Assembly (NCBI GenBank): GCA_965203175.1
Contig: OZ241867.1
Coordinates: 2,048,001-2,112,000, forward strand
Direction: 5' to 3'
DNA: 64,000 nt
Source: Candidatus Latescibacterota bacterium
GTDB taxonomy: Bacteria > Latescibacterota > UBA2968 > UBA8231
Part shown: piece by piece, positions 55,883-64,000 of the stretch
Layout: every line of letters begins with the position of its first letter
Numbering within the stretch: position 1 is the stretch's first letter
Program-made: the position numbers and the translations under genes
The notes under the pieces: generated by a model
The model's database searches: none
Seen by the model: the letters and a program-made list of their open reading frames with translations, nothing else
Told to the model about the DNA's origin: nothing

Positions 55883-58282
55883 ATGTGGAAGAGCAACCTG
55901 ATCATTGCCCTGCGCGTATTGGGACGCAACAAGACGATTTCGCTGATCAACATCGTCGGCTTGTCTGCGGCCTTTGCCGTGGCGGTTCTATGTCTGCTGT
56001 TCGTGCGCCACGAGACTTCCTTTGACGCTTGGCACGAAAAAGGGGATCGGATCTTCGCCATCTATCTTGACCCGCTAGAGCCCGAACCCGGTGCTCCCTT
56101 CAACCGTTCCACTATGGTGGGTTACCATATGCGCGAGGCCGTGCGCACTAAAGTCCCCGGCATTCGCGAATCGGTTTCCATGCAGTCGGAATCCGGCAAA
56201 GTCTCGTACGGCGATGCGAGCTTTGACGAGTACTTCCTCGCTGTCGATCCGGCTTTCCTGACTATGTTCACCTTGCCGCTGGCGGCGGGCGATGCGGCGA
56301 CGGCCCTCGACGATCCGCAGAGCGTTGTCCTTTCCCATGAGACCGCGCAGAAGTACTTCGGCCCCGATGTGCCAGCCCATGCCATGCTGGGCAAGCACAT
56401 TCGGCTGCACACCGTCGAGCTAGATTACTCGACATCGCCAACGAAGGAGACACCCATCGAGGTGGAGCGTACCATTGCGGGTGTGCTGGCACCCCTGCCG
56501 GGGCCTTCTATTTTGCGTCTAGACGTACTCGTGCCTGCGGTAACGGCCGAGGCCCTGCACTTCAGGAGCCTATCCGGACTTTTTATTGAACTCGAAGAGG
56601 GCGTAGCGCCTGCCGAAGTAGAAACGCGGCTGGAATCCCTGATCGTGCGGGACCGGTTAAAGTTGCAACCTTTTGCGGGCGCTCACTTGGGACCTAGTAT
56701 AACGGGCCCCGCCGACTTTGGCCGCGGCACGGTCGAGCATATCTATCTGCTGGCAGGGCTGGCTGCGCTGGTCTTGCTGATCGCTGCCATCAACTTCGTC
56801 AACCTCGCCATGAGCCGCGCCATGACGCGGACCTTGGAAGTGGGGGTGCGCAAGGCGATCGGCGCGACGCGCCACCAGCTTTCCAATCAATTCCTCGCCG
56901 AAGCAATTGTGGTGAGCCTCATCGCCATCGTCGTTGGCATGGGCCTTGCCGAAGTCGCGCTGCCGATGTTTAACGCGGTCGTGCATCAGCAGCTAGAGAT
57001 CGAGTGGCTGTCGGTTGAGACAGGAATAGGTGCCTTAACTCTCGCCTTGATGGTCGGCGTACTGTCGGGCTTGTACCCAGCCCAAATCATTGCGCGGCTC
57101 CATCCCGTTTGGGCACTGTCCCGCAAGACGCCTCAGCCGGGTCGCGGTTGGCTGGGTCGCGGTCTGATTGTCGTCCAGTTTGCACTGTCGGCCGTCCTCG
57201 TTGTCGTGACGATCACTATGGCGCGACAACTCGACTTTATGCGGACTAAGGATTTGGGCTTCGACGGCGATCAGGTCGTGTTGGCTATCCAATTTAAAGG
57301 CGATCTCAATGCTTTGCAGATTGAGCATCTCGCCAACGAGATTAATTCTCGACCGGGACTTATACGGGGGGTCACCGGTGCCTCGGCAGCACCCGGCTTT
57401 GGCGGCAGGCATCCCATACCAATCCAGTCCGGTGAGAAAGCGCTCCGCGCCAAGCCCTTCTACGTAAGTCCAAACTTCCTAAGCGTCATGGGTATAGAGG
57501 TCCTCTCCGGGCAGGGCTTCGATCCCAATCTGCCGCACGGCGTCCTGCTCAACGAGACCGCCGCGCGCTTTTTCGGCTCTGAAGACCTAATCGGTCGCAC
57601 CTTGACGTCTCCCCAAGATGCTGGCGAGCCAATGACGGTGATCGGCATAGTCGAGGATTTCCACTTCACGGATATGCGCCATACCGTAGGGCCGGCTTTT
57701 CTGACGACACTTATGCCCAAGTCTAGATTGCGGAGAGATGGGTTCGGGCACACCCTGTTTCGGCTCGACCGCGCCGACCTGCCCGCGGCAGTTGAAGAAG
57801 TAAAGGCACTGTGGAAGCGGGTCCTGCCGGAATACGAATTATGGCGCGTGCGCTTTCTCGACGAGGCTTTTGCAGCGAAATACGAGGTAGAGCGGCGCGT
57901 CGGCATTGTCATGGGGTGGATGAGTGCCGTCGCCATTGCGATCTCCTGCATGGGACTTTTTGGCTTGGTCGCCCTAGCGGCGGTGCGGCGCACCAAGGAA
58001 ATTGGTATCCGCAAGGTACTCGGCGCTACGACTAGCAGCGTGCTGCTATTGATGTCGCGCGAATTCGGCTGGCTGGTGGTGGCGGCCAATGTCATTGCTT
58101 GGCCTGTGGCTTATTTCGTCTTGAACCGCTGGCTCGCGTTCTACGCCTATCGCATTGACATGGGCTTGGGTTGGTTTGTGCTGGCGGGCGTGGGCGTGCT
58201 CGCGGTTGCGCTGGCCACTGTCAGCAGCCAGACGTGGTTAGCGGCGCGGACCAATCCGGCGGATGCGTTGAGATACGAGTAA
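55883..58282 (+). CDS. FtsX/MacB-type duplicated ABC permease D3
   Basis: 799 aa; paralog of D1 and D2. Confidence 0.92.
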   Translation: MWKSNLIIALRVLGRNKTISLINIVGLSAAFAVAVLCLLFVRHETSFDAWHEKGDRIFAIYLDPLEPEPGAPFNRSTMVGYHMREAVRTKVPGIRESVSMQSESGKVSYGDASFDEYFLAVDPAFLTMFTLPLAAGDAATALDDPQSVVLSHETAQKYFGPDVPAHAMLGKHIRLHTVELDYSTSPTKETPIEVERTIAGVLAPLPGPSILRLDVLVPAVTAEALHFRSLSGLFIELEEGVAPAEVETRLESLIVRDRLKLQPFAGAHLGPSITGPADFGRGTVEHIYLLAGLAALVLLIAAINFVNLAMSRAMTRTLEVGVRKAIGATRHQLSNQFLAEAIVVSLIAIVVGMGLAEVALPMFNAVVHQQLEIEWLSVETGIGALTLALMVGVLSGLYPAQIIARLHPVWALSRKTPQPGRGWLGRGLIVVQFALSAVLVVVTITMARQLDFMRTKDLGFDGDQVVLAIQFKGDLNALQIEHLANEINSRPGLIRGVTGASAAPGFGGRHPIPIQSGEKALRAKPFYVSPNFLSVMGIEVLSGQGFDPNLPHGVLLNETAARFFGSEDLIGRTLTSPQDAGEPMTVIGIVEDFHFTDMRHTVGPAFLTTLMPKSRLRRDGFGHTLFRLDRADLPAAVEEVKALWKRVLPEYELWRVRFLDEAFAAKYEVERRVGIVMGWMSAVAIAISCMGLFGLVALAAVRRTKEIGIRKVLGATTSSVLLLMSREFGWLVVAANVIAWPVAYFVLNRWLAFYAYRIDMGLGWFVLAGVGVLAVALATVSSQTWLAARTNPADALRYE

Positions 58283-58300
58283 ATGCACGCCGCTTGCTAG

Positions 58301-58354
58301 CACGCCGTCAGGACGAGTCGCATTGATCCAATAGAAGCGCTGCACTGTGAGTGG
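58301..58354 (+). pseudogene. 3' remnant of another permease
   Basis: Translates HAVRTSRIDPIEALHCE-TGG, compared with HAVRAAMANPVDSLRSE* and ADLVEALRCE* in intact paralogs. Confidence 0.65.
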
Positions 58355-58472
58355 CTCAAGTGCAACTAGGCTCTTACAAAAAAATGTATGGGCCTTTTTA
58401 ATTTTCCCCTCTCTGGCCGTCTTTACTTGCAGACGGATTGATATGCGTCATCAGTCCCGCATTTGAATACCT

Positions 58473-60326
58473 ATGGACAACTTCCATCCCGAAAACTTCG
58501 TCGAGCGCTGCTTGGCGGGCAACGCGCAAGCCTTTGAGCCGCTCGTCCGGCACTACCAGAACGCGGCCTTTGCCACGGCCCTGCGCTACGTGCGCTCGCA
58601 GGTCGATGCCCAAGACATCGTGCAGGATGCCTTTGTCTCCGCGTACTGCCGCTTGGGGCAACTGCGCGATAGGGAGCGTTTCGGTGGCTGGTTGATGCAC
58701 ATCGTAGCCAATCGTTGCAAGGACTGGTTACGCGACCGCAGGCGGACACAGCCGTTGGATTCGGCAGAGACGACTCTGGAGAATGCGGCCGCGACCGAGC
58801 ACGCGGACCAGATGCGGCGGCTGGAGTTGCAGGAGGCCGTTGATCTGTTGCCCGAACACTACCGCTCGGCCGTGCTGATGTACTACCTGAGCGGCCTGTC
58901 CTACCGAGAAATCGCCGAGTTGATGGAAGTCCCTCTGAGTACGGTGTGCGGCCGATTGCAACAAGGACGCATCCGGCTGCGCCAGCTATGGGACGAACCC
59001 GACCACGAGGAGATTGCCATGAAGCCAATCGACGTGACCGAACAGGTCCAAGAGGTGGTGTGCCAAATCGCCACCCGACAGGTGCAGGAGACGATTCCGC
59101 TAGGGGATACCGAGCACATCGTCTTCTACTGCGCCCTGGACACCGATCTCGAGATCCGCCAAGCCGAGGGCGAAGACGCAGTGCTCGAAGGGACGCTCAG
59201 CGCAATTGGGTTGACGCGGGAAAAGGCCCGGGAGAGCGTCGAAAGCATTGAGATCGGGGCCGACCAAGTGGATAGTTTCCTCGAGAGCGGTCCGCATGAG
59301 GGCGAGGTGTTTATGAGGACCCACCAGCAGAACGACCAACTCGAGGCCGAGTCTCTGGATAGCGGACAATTGTGGCGAGCCTACGTGGAGGGAAGCCCCT
59401 ATCCCTGGGGCGTGACAAACGGCGTTAAGACGACGGATGCCTTTCCCCAGATGCAAGCATATACCGACGGCAGTATGCCGACTGATATGCGCTTGAGGTT
59501 GGGGCGGGCCACGCGGATAACGGTCTATCGCGAAAAACTCGAAGACATAATCCTGCCGCCCTCGGCTGTTACGGCAGAAGTCCAACAGGTCTTTCGCCCC
59601 AACAGCACGTCGCTCGAAAGGGTCCACGGACCAGTTGGTTCCGCCAGCTTAGTGTTGCTGGTGCCCAAGGGCAAGCGCGTGACTGTCATCAAAGGGAAGC
59701 AGATCCGCGCCTTTGGTTTGCAGGACTCAATTAGTTTTATCGAATCGACCTGTGAGGAAGTGGCCGATATTGAGGGCGATGTGGAACTCTTCGACAGCGC
59801 ATTGGAGACGGCACGCAATATCCGCGGCAAGCTCTACCAGCGCTACTACCGATACCTCGGCATGAGGATGGAGGGCCGCGAGGTCAGGCGTCAGGCAGCT
59901 AAAAATTGTCGTCTGGAGGATATTAGCGGCGGCGTGGATATTGACGTGGGCGGCGTACAAATTGAGGCCACCCGGTTGGGGGGCCGGGTGCGGATCTACA
60001 ACCGCTTTGGCCATACGCAGTTACATCAGGATCAACTCGCCACAGACAGCCGCATCGAACTGGAATCGTGTGGGGGCGACATTCATCTCTCGCTCAAAGG
60101 AGCCCTGCTGGACGAGGTTTTGCTGGACGAGGTACATCTGACAGTGCTCACGCTGTGCGGGCGGATCCAATCTACGGTCTTTAAGGATAGGGACAAGCCT
60201 CTCAGAATGGCCAACAACTCCGAGGTGATGGTCCTGTCGAACGCGCCTAGTGGCCCAGCGATACTAGCGGCGGATTTTATGCTCAAAAGCGAGGTCGGCG
60301 AGATCGTTGTCGAGCAGGCGAAATAG
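58473..60326 (+). CDS. ECF sigma-70 factor with ~430-aa C-terminal extension
   Basis: sigma2 AFEPLVRHYQ..DAQDIVQDAF..FGGWLMHIVANRCKD; sigma4 LPEHYRSAVLMYYLSGLSYREIAELMEVPLSTV. Confidence 0.88.
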   Translation: MDNFHPENFVERCLAGNAQAFEPLVRHYQNAAFATALRYVRSQVDAQDIVQDAFVSAYCRLGQLRDRERFGGWLMHIVANRCKDWLRDRRRTQPLDSAETTLENAAATEHADQMRRLELQEAVDLLPEHYRSAVLMYYLSGLSYREIAELMEVPLSTVCGRLQQGRIRLRQLWDEPDHEEIAMKPIDVTEQVQEVVCQIATRQVQETIPLGDTEHIVFYCALDTDLEIRQAEGEDAVLEGTLSAIGLTREKARESVESIEIGADQVDSFLESGPHEGEVFMRTHQQNDQLEAESLDSGQLWRAYVEGSPYPWGVTNGVKTTDAFPQMQAYTDGSMPTDMRLRLGRATRITVYREKLEDIILPPSAVTAEVQQVFRPNSTSLERVHGPVGSASLVLLVPKGKRVTVIKGKQIRAFGLQDSISFIESTCEEVADIEGDVELFDSALETARNIRGKLYQRYYRYLGMRMEGREVRRQAAKNCRLEDISGGVDIDVGGVQIEATRLGGRVRIYNRFGHTQLHQDQLATDSRIELESCGGDIHLSLKGALLDEVLLDEVHLTVLTLCGRIQSTVFKDRDKPLRMANNSEVMVLSNAPSGPAILAADFMLKSEVGEIVVEQAK

Positions 60327-60342
60327 ATGAAGGAGGTTCAAG

Positions 60343-62784
60343 ATGCTGCGCAGTTACGTCGTAATCGCACTGCGGAACCTGATACGCGACAAAGTGGTGA
60401 CCAGCATCAACATCGTGGGCTTGTCAGTCGCTATCGCCGTCAGCGCAATCCTCGGCCTTGGCGTACACGGCGCCCTGACCGCGGATTGGAACCTTCGCGA
60501 GGATGACCGCCTCTTCCGCGTAGTGGCACGCGAGATTAGCTCTGCGGGTCACATACAGCGCCCGGCGTATCAGAGCGAGGATCTCGCCGCGGCGCTCGCA
60601 GAGACGTTCCCCGAGATCGCCCGCACCACGCGCGTAATCTCGACGAGTGTCCTGATGACAGTAGGCGAGCGCCATCTCGAGCACTCAGTGGTCGAGGTTG
60701 ATCCCCCGTTCCTACAGATGTTCCACTATCCGCTCGCGGCCGGTAATCCGGCCACGGCGCTAGACGACCTCGACCAAGTCGTCATTTCCAAGCGACTGGC
60801 CGAGCGCATGTTCGGAGATGAATTCAGGGACTACCCAGAACTCGTGGGCCGGCAAATCGTCTTGCACGGCAATGAGGGACCCGAGGCATACACGGTTGCC
60901 GGTGTCTTCGCCGATCTGCCAAAAAAGCGGAGCCTGGACCTTGACGCGGCGATTCGCTTTGAGAACCGGACGAAGTATGGCATGGCCAGTTACTGGGGCG
61001 CTACGGCTTCTACGTACATCGCGCTTCAGCCCCTTGCCGAGCGGAAGGCACTCGAAGCAAAGCTCCCGGAGTTCTCCCGCACGTTCATCGCGCCGCTCTG
61101 GGAACGCTACAAAGGTGTGCGCTGGAAGGACGATCCAGACGCCTTCCTCCTCGAACTCGAAGACGCACGGACGATCTACCTCGATCCGCAGGCCCAGACC
61201 TATTATAGCTCTGAAAAATCCGTGAGCATGGAGTCAATCCTCGCCCTCGTCGCTCTGATTGGCATCATCCTAACTGTTGCCTGCATCAATTTCACCACTC
61301 TCGCCGTAGCGGGTTCCATGGGCCGGAGTGCGGAAGTGGGCGTGCGCAAGGCACTCGGCGCTAACAAGGCACAAATCGCCCTGCAGTTTTTAGGCGAGGG
61401 CGTCCTGCTGGCCTTGTTCTCTTTGATCGCCGGACTGATCCTCGTGCAGTTGGGGTTGCCCGTCTTTAACGCGCTTTATGGACTTGACCATTGGGTCGGG
61501 CTGTCGCTCGGCGATCTAGGTCTGCCAATTCTCGTCGGCGGAGGTGTCTTGTTGGTGGTGCTGATCGGCATCGCCGCAGGAAGCTATCCGGCCCTAATCG
61601 TGGCGCGGATGCAGCCTGCGTCTGTCGTCCGCGAGGTGTCGCCGTGGCGCAGAAGAAGGGCGACGAGCGCGCTTCTGACCTTGCAGTACGGCATGGCGGT
61701 TTTCCTGATCTTCTGCACCATTGCGATTCGTCAGCAGTTGGATTTTGCTCAGTCGCGCGATCTGGGATACGCGGCTGAGGAGGTCGTCGTCGTCAAGCTG
61801 CGCGGTGCAGACCCCACGCGGCTCGGCGAACGCTTCAAGGAGGCAGCCCTTTCCCAGTCGGGTGTCGCTGGTGTGGCCTTGGCCGATCGCGAATTTTCGC
61901 TCAGTGCTAGCACCAATTACATCAAGCGGCCGGACGGGGAGCGCGTGAGCGTGTTCGTGTATGCCGTTGACCCCGACTTCTTCACCACCTTGGGCATCGA
62001 CCTCGTATCCGGCCGCTCCTTTGCGGCCGGACGGCTGGCTGATCGGACGGAAAGTGTCGTTGTCAATCAGCGCTTTGCGGACGCTTACGGCTGGGGGGAA
62101 AATGCCGTTGGCGAATTCCTGCCGGAGTACGGGGGCTACGGCGTGAGCAAAACGCCTACCGTCATCGGCGTCATACCGGACTTCCACTTCCGCTCTCTTC
62201 GGGAGCCGATCAAACCCGCCGTGTTCCACTATGGGCCGGAAGTGTCCTTTAAGCGGGCACTGGTGCGGCTGAATACACACGAGGTTGACGACGCGCTCGC
62301 GGGACTAGAGCAGCTATGGGAAAGGGTGGCACCCGAACAACCCTTTGAGTACGAGTTCCTCGACCGGGCTTTTGCCCGTCAGTACGAGAATGACAAGGAG
62401 AGCAGTCGCACCGTTACCTTTGCCTCCGTCGTCGCCATTCTCATTGCCTGCATGGGTTTGTTCGGCCACGCGACTATCGTCCTGCAGCGGCGCACCAAGG
62501 AGATCGGCGTCCGCAAAGTGCTCGGCGCTACGGTGGCAGAGATCCTCGCGCTCTTGTCGCGCGACCTGACGAAAATGGTTGCCTTGGCCTGCCTGTTGGC
62601 GTTTCCGCTGGCCCACTTCTTGGTAGGGCAATGGATGTCGCGATACGCCTATCAGTTTGGGTTGGGACTGACGACGTACCTCCTCTGCGGGACGATCGCT
62701 TTTGCGATTGCACTGGGCACGGTGGCGTACATCGGCGTCCGAGCCGCACGGGAGAATCCCGTACATGCCCTGCGCTATGAGTAG
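60343..62784 (+). CDS. FtsX/MacB-type duplicated ABC permease E1 (divergent singleton)
   Basis: 813 aa; INIVGLSVA, CINFTTL..EVGVRKALGA, RRTKEIGVRKVLGA, NPVHALRYE; AAGGAGG RBS. Confidence 0.92.
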   Translation: MLRSYVVIALRNLIRDKVVTSINIVGLSVAIAVSAILGLGVHGALTADWNLREDDRLFRVVAREISSAGHIQRPAYQSEDLAAALAETFPEIARTTRVISTSVLMTVGERHLEHSVVEVDPPFLQMFHYPLAAGNPATALDDLDQVVISKRLAERMFGDEFRDYPELVGRQIVLHGNEGPEAYTVAGVFADLPKKRSLDLDAAIRFENRTKYGMASYWGATASTYIALQPLAERKALEAKLPEFSRTFIAPLWERYKGVRWKDDPDAFLLELEDARTIYLDPQAQTYYSSEKSVSMESILALVALIGIILTVACINFTTLAVAGSMGRSAEVGVRKALGANKAQIALQFLGEGVLLALFSLIAGLILVQLGLPVFNALYGLDHWVGLSLGDLGLPILVGGGVLLVVLIGIAAGSYPALIVARMQPASVVREVSPWRRRRATSALLTLQYGMAVFLIFCTIAIRQQLDFAQSRDLGYAAEEVVVVKLRGADPTRLGERFKEAALSQSGVAGVALADREFSLSASTNYIKRPDGERVSVFVYAVDPDFFTTLGIDLVSGRSFAAGRLADRTESVVVNQRFADAYGWGENAVGEFLPEYGGYGVSKTPTVIGVIPDFHFRSLREPIKPAVFHYGPEVSFKRALVRLNTHEVDDALAGLEQLWERVAPEQPFEYEFLDRAFARQYENDKESSRTVTFASVVAILIACMGLFGHATIVLQRRTKEIGVRKVLGATVAEILALLSRDLTKMVALACLLAFPLAHFLVGQWMSRYAYQFGLGLTTYLLCGTIAFAIALGTVAYIGVRAARENPVHALRYE

Positions 62785-62836
62785 CACGCGGAATCTACCG
62801 TCATCGAGTGTACTTCGGGACGCTGCCTGCCGATCC

Positions 62837-62868
62837 TTGCTGTAATACAGTCCAACTCTATAATTGGA
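62837..62868 (+). promoter_or_regulatory. Putative sigma70 promoter with overlapping dyad
   Basis: TTGCTG (62837-42), 16 bp spacer, TATAAT (62859-64). TCCAA-N8-TTGGA straddles the -10. Confidence 0.5.
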
Positions 62869-62908
62869 GGGTCGATGGCTCCGAGTAATTGATGAAAGGA
62901 GGGCCGCA

Positions 62909-64000
62909 ATGACGCCCTCACAACTCCAGTCGGCCGTTGTCGCCTCGGCCCTCGCCACTTCCGCAGCGCTTGCTGAAGAAAATGTAGTTTACTGGGTCTC
63001 AGCACCGGTTCAGCCCGGGGAGACCGTGATGATGTGTGGCTTTTTCCCGCAGCCCGACGCCGTGGAAATTGCGGTGGAGCGCCTTGCAGACCGAGATCCC
63101 GGCAAGCCTTTCGGGCAGCCGTGGCAGCCTCCCAAGCGCTTGCCCGGGACCGTCAAACCGCTCCAGACGAGCGAGACAGCCCTGATGTTCGAACTGCCCG
63201 AGCACGGCGCACCCGGCGTGTATTACTACGCTGTGCACTCGGATGCCGCCGCGAGCTTCGGACGCCTCAATGTGCCTACGCCTTGGTGGACACTCGGCGA
63301 TGTCGTTGCTACCGATACCCCTTTTGGCAAATGGCGCTTGGAGGACGGTGCCGCTTATGCCGGCGGCAGGCTGCGCATCCTTGGACGCTGCCTGAAGTTA
63401 GGGGAGAAAAAGCCAACCGTGGCTCTCCGATCCGAGGACGGACGCGTGACGCTGCTGCAACCAGAAAAAGCAGAGCCTTTCTCGCTCGCAGTGACGGTGC
63501 CGGAAGGGCTGGCCCCAGGCCGCTATGAGCTGTTTGTGCACAACGGGTACGGCGGACAGCACGCTTGGAGCGAACCACTCGACATTGCGGTCCTGCACCG
63601 GGAGGAGGAAGACCAACCCTTGATAAAGGTGGCTGATTTCGGGGCGGAGGGGGACGATGAGCGGGACGACACCGATGCGATCCAGTCGGCGCTGAAGGAG
63701 GCGGGCGAACTCGGCGGGGCCGTCGTGCTGGTACCGCGGGGACGCTTTGTCGTCAGCGAGAAGTTGGTAATTCCGCCGCACGTAACGCTTCGCGGTGCCG
63801 GGCGCGAGCTGACCGCCCTGTGCATGGCGGATACTGACGATCCGCCCGACGCCTGGATCGAAGGCTCCCACCACTTCGCCATCGAGGACCTTACCTTCTA
63901 CTGCAACCACCACTACCACGTCATCTCCAACAATACTGCGGCGGCCGTCCACGCCCCGGCTGCTCCCATAGAGAATCCGGAGACCGCTGGCCACGTGCGC
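62909..64000 (+). CDS. Pectate_lyase_3/GH28-like right-handed beta-helix protein, 3'-truncated (absent from ORF track)
   Basis: AAAGGAGG RBS; the frame is open to the window end; VADFGAEGDDERDDTDAIQSAL..GGAVVLVPRGRF..VTLRGAG. Confidence 0.78.
   Translation, partial: MTPSQLQSAVVASALATSAALAEENVVYWVSAPVQPGETVMMCGFFPQPDAVEIAVERLADRDPGKPFGQPWQPPKRLPGTVKPLQTSETALMFELPEHGAPGVYYYAVHSDAAASFGRLNVPTPWWTLGDVVATDTPFGKWRLEDGAAYAGGRLRILGRCLKLGEKKPTVALRSEDGRVTLLQPEKAEPFSLAVTVPEGLAPGRYELFVHNGYGGQHAWSEPLDIAVLHREEEDQPLIKVADFGAEGDDERDDTDAIQSALKEAGELGGAVVLVPRGRFVVSEKLVIPPHVTLRGAGRELTALCMADTDDPPDAWIEGSHHFAIEDLTFYCNHHYHVISNNTAAAVHAPAAPIENPETAGHVR

Noticed and set aside
13067-58282. Diversity-generating retroelement behind the variable loops
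   Set aside because: No reverse transcriptase or template/variable repeat pair is visible. Differences include indels and all bases rather than being adenine-specific.
63034-63994. ORF-track calls 63034-63528 (+) and 63398-63994 (-)
   Set aside because: They are shadows of the real reading frame starting at 62909.
1-64000. tRNA, rRNA, IS transposase or phage integrase
   Set aside because: No recognisable motifs were seen. The intergenic spaces are short and accounted for, although no covariance search could be run.

Overview
GC-rich bacterial window. The left 8 kb holds a 5'-truncated amidohydrolase, a SAM methyltransferase, two convergent TonB-dependent receptors and a higBA toxin-antitoxin pair. 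From ~8 kb to ~62.8 kb is one large envelope locus. A sigma54-dependent response regulator and histidine kinase are transcribed divergently from a complete sigma54 promoter (paired upstream sites, exact IHF box, -24/-12). Downstream is a ~52 kb co-oriented run of genes: 1 MacA/HlyD-like adaptor, 2 MacB/LolD-like ATPases, 12 intact ~800-aa FtsX/MacB-type permeases in 5 paralog subfamilies, at least 3-4 permease remnants, a DUF4097-like repeat protein, a POTRA-less Omp85-type barrel, a TlpA-like thioredoxin, a CBM9-like protein, 4 secreted ankyrin proteins with a shared FlgD-Ig/T9SS-tail-like plus dockerin N-terminal module, and an ECF sigma factor with a long C-terminal extension. No TolC gene is visible. 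Permease paralogs keep near-identical membrane frameworks but differ in short loops at equivalent positions, and they look mosaic. The ankyrin arrays vary at binding-surface positions and contain exact 99-bp duplications. A pectate-lyase-fold gene absent from the ORF track runs off the right end. Gene content suggests an FCB-group (Latescibacterota-like), possibly sponge-associated, organism; this is inference only. All family calls come from motif recognition by eye, not database searches.
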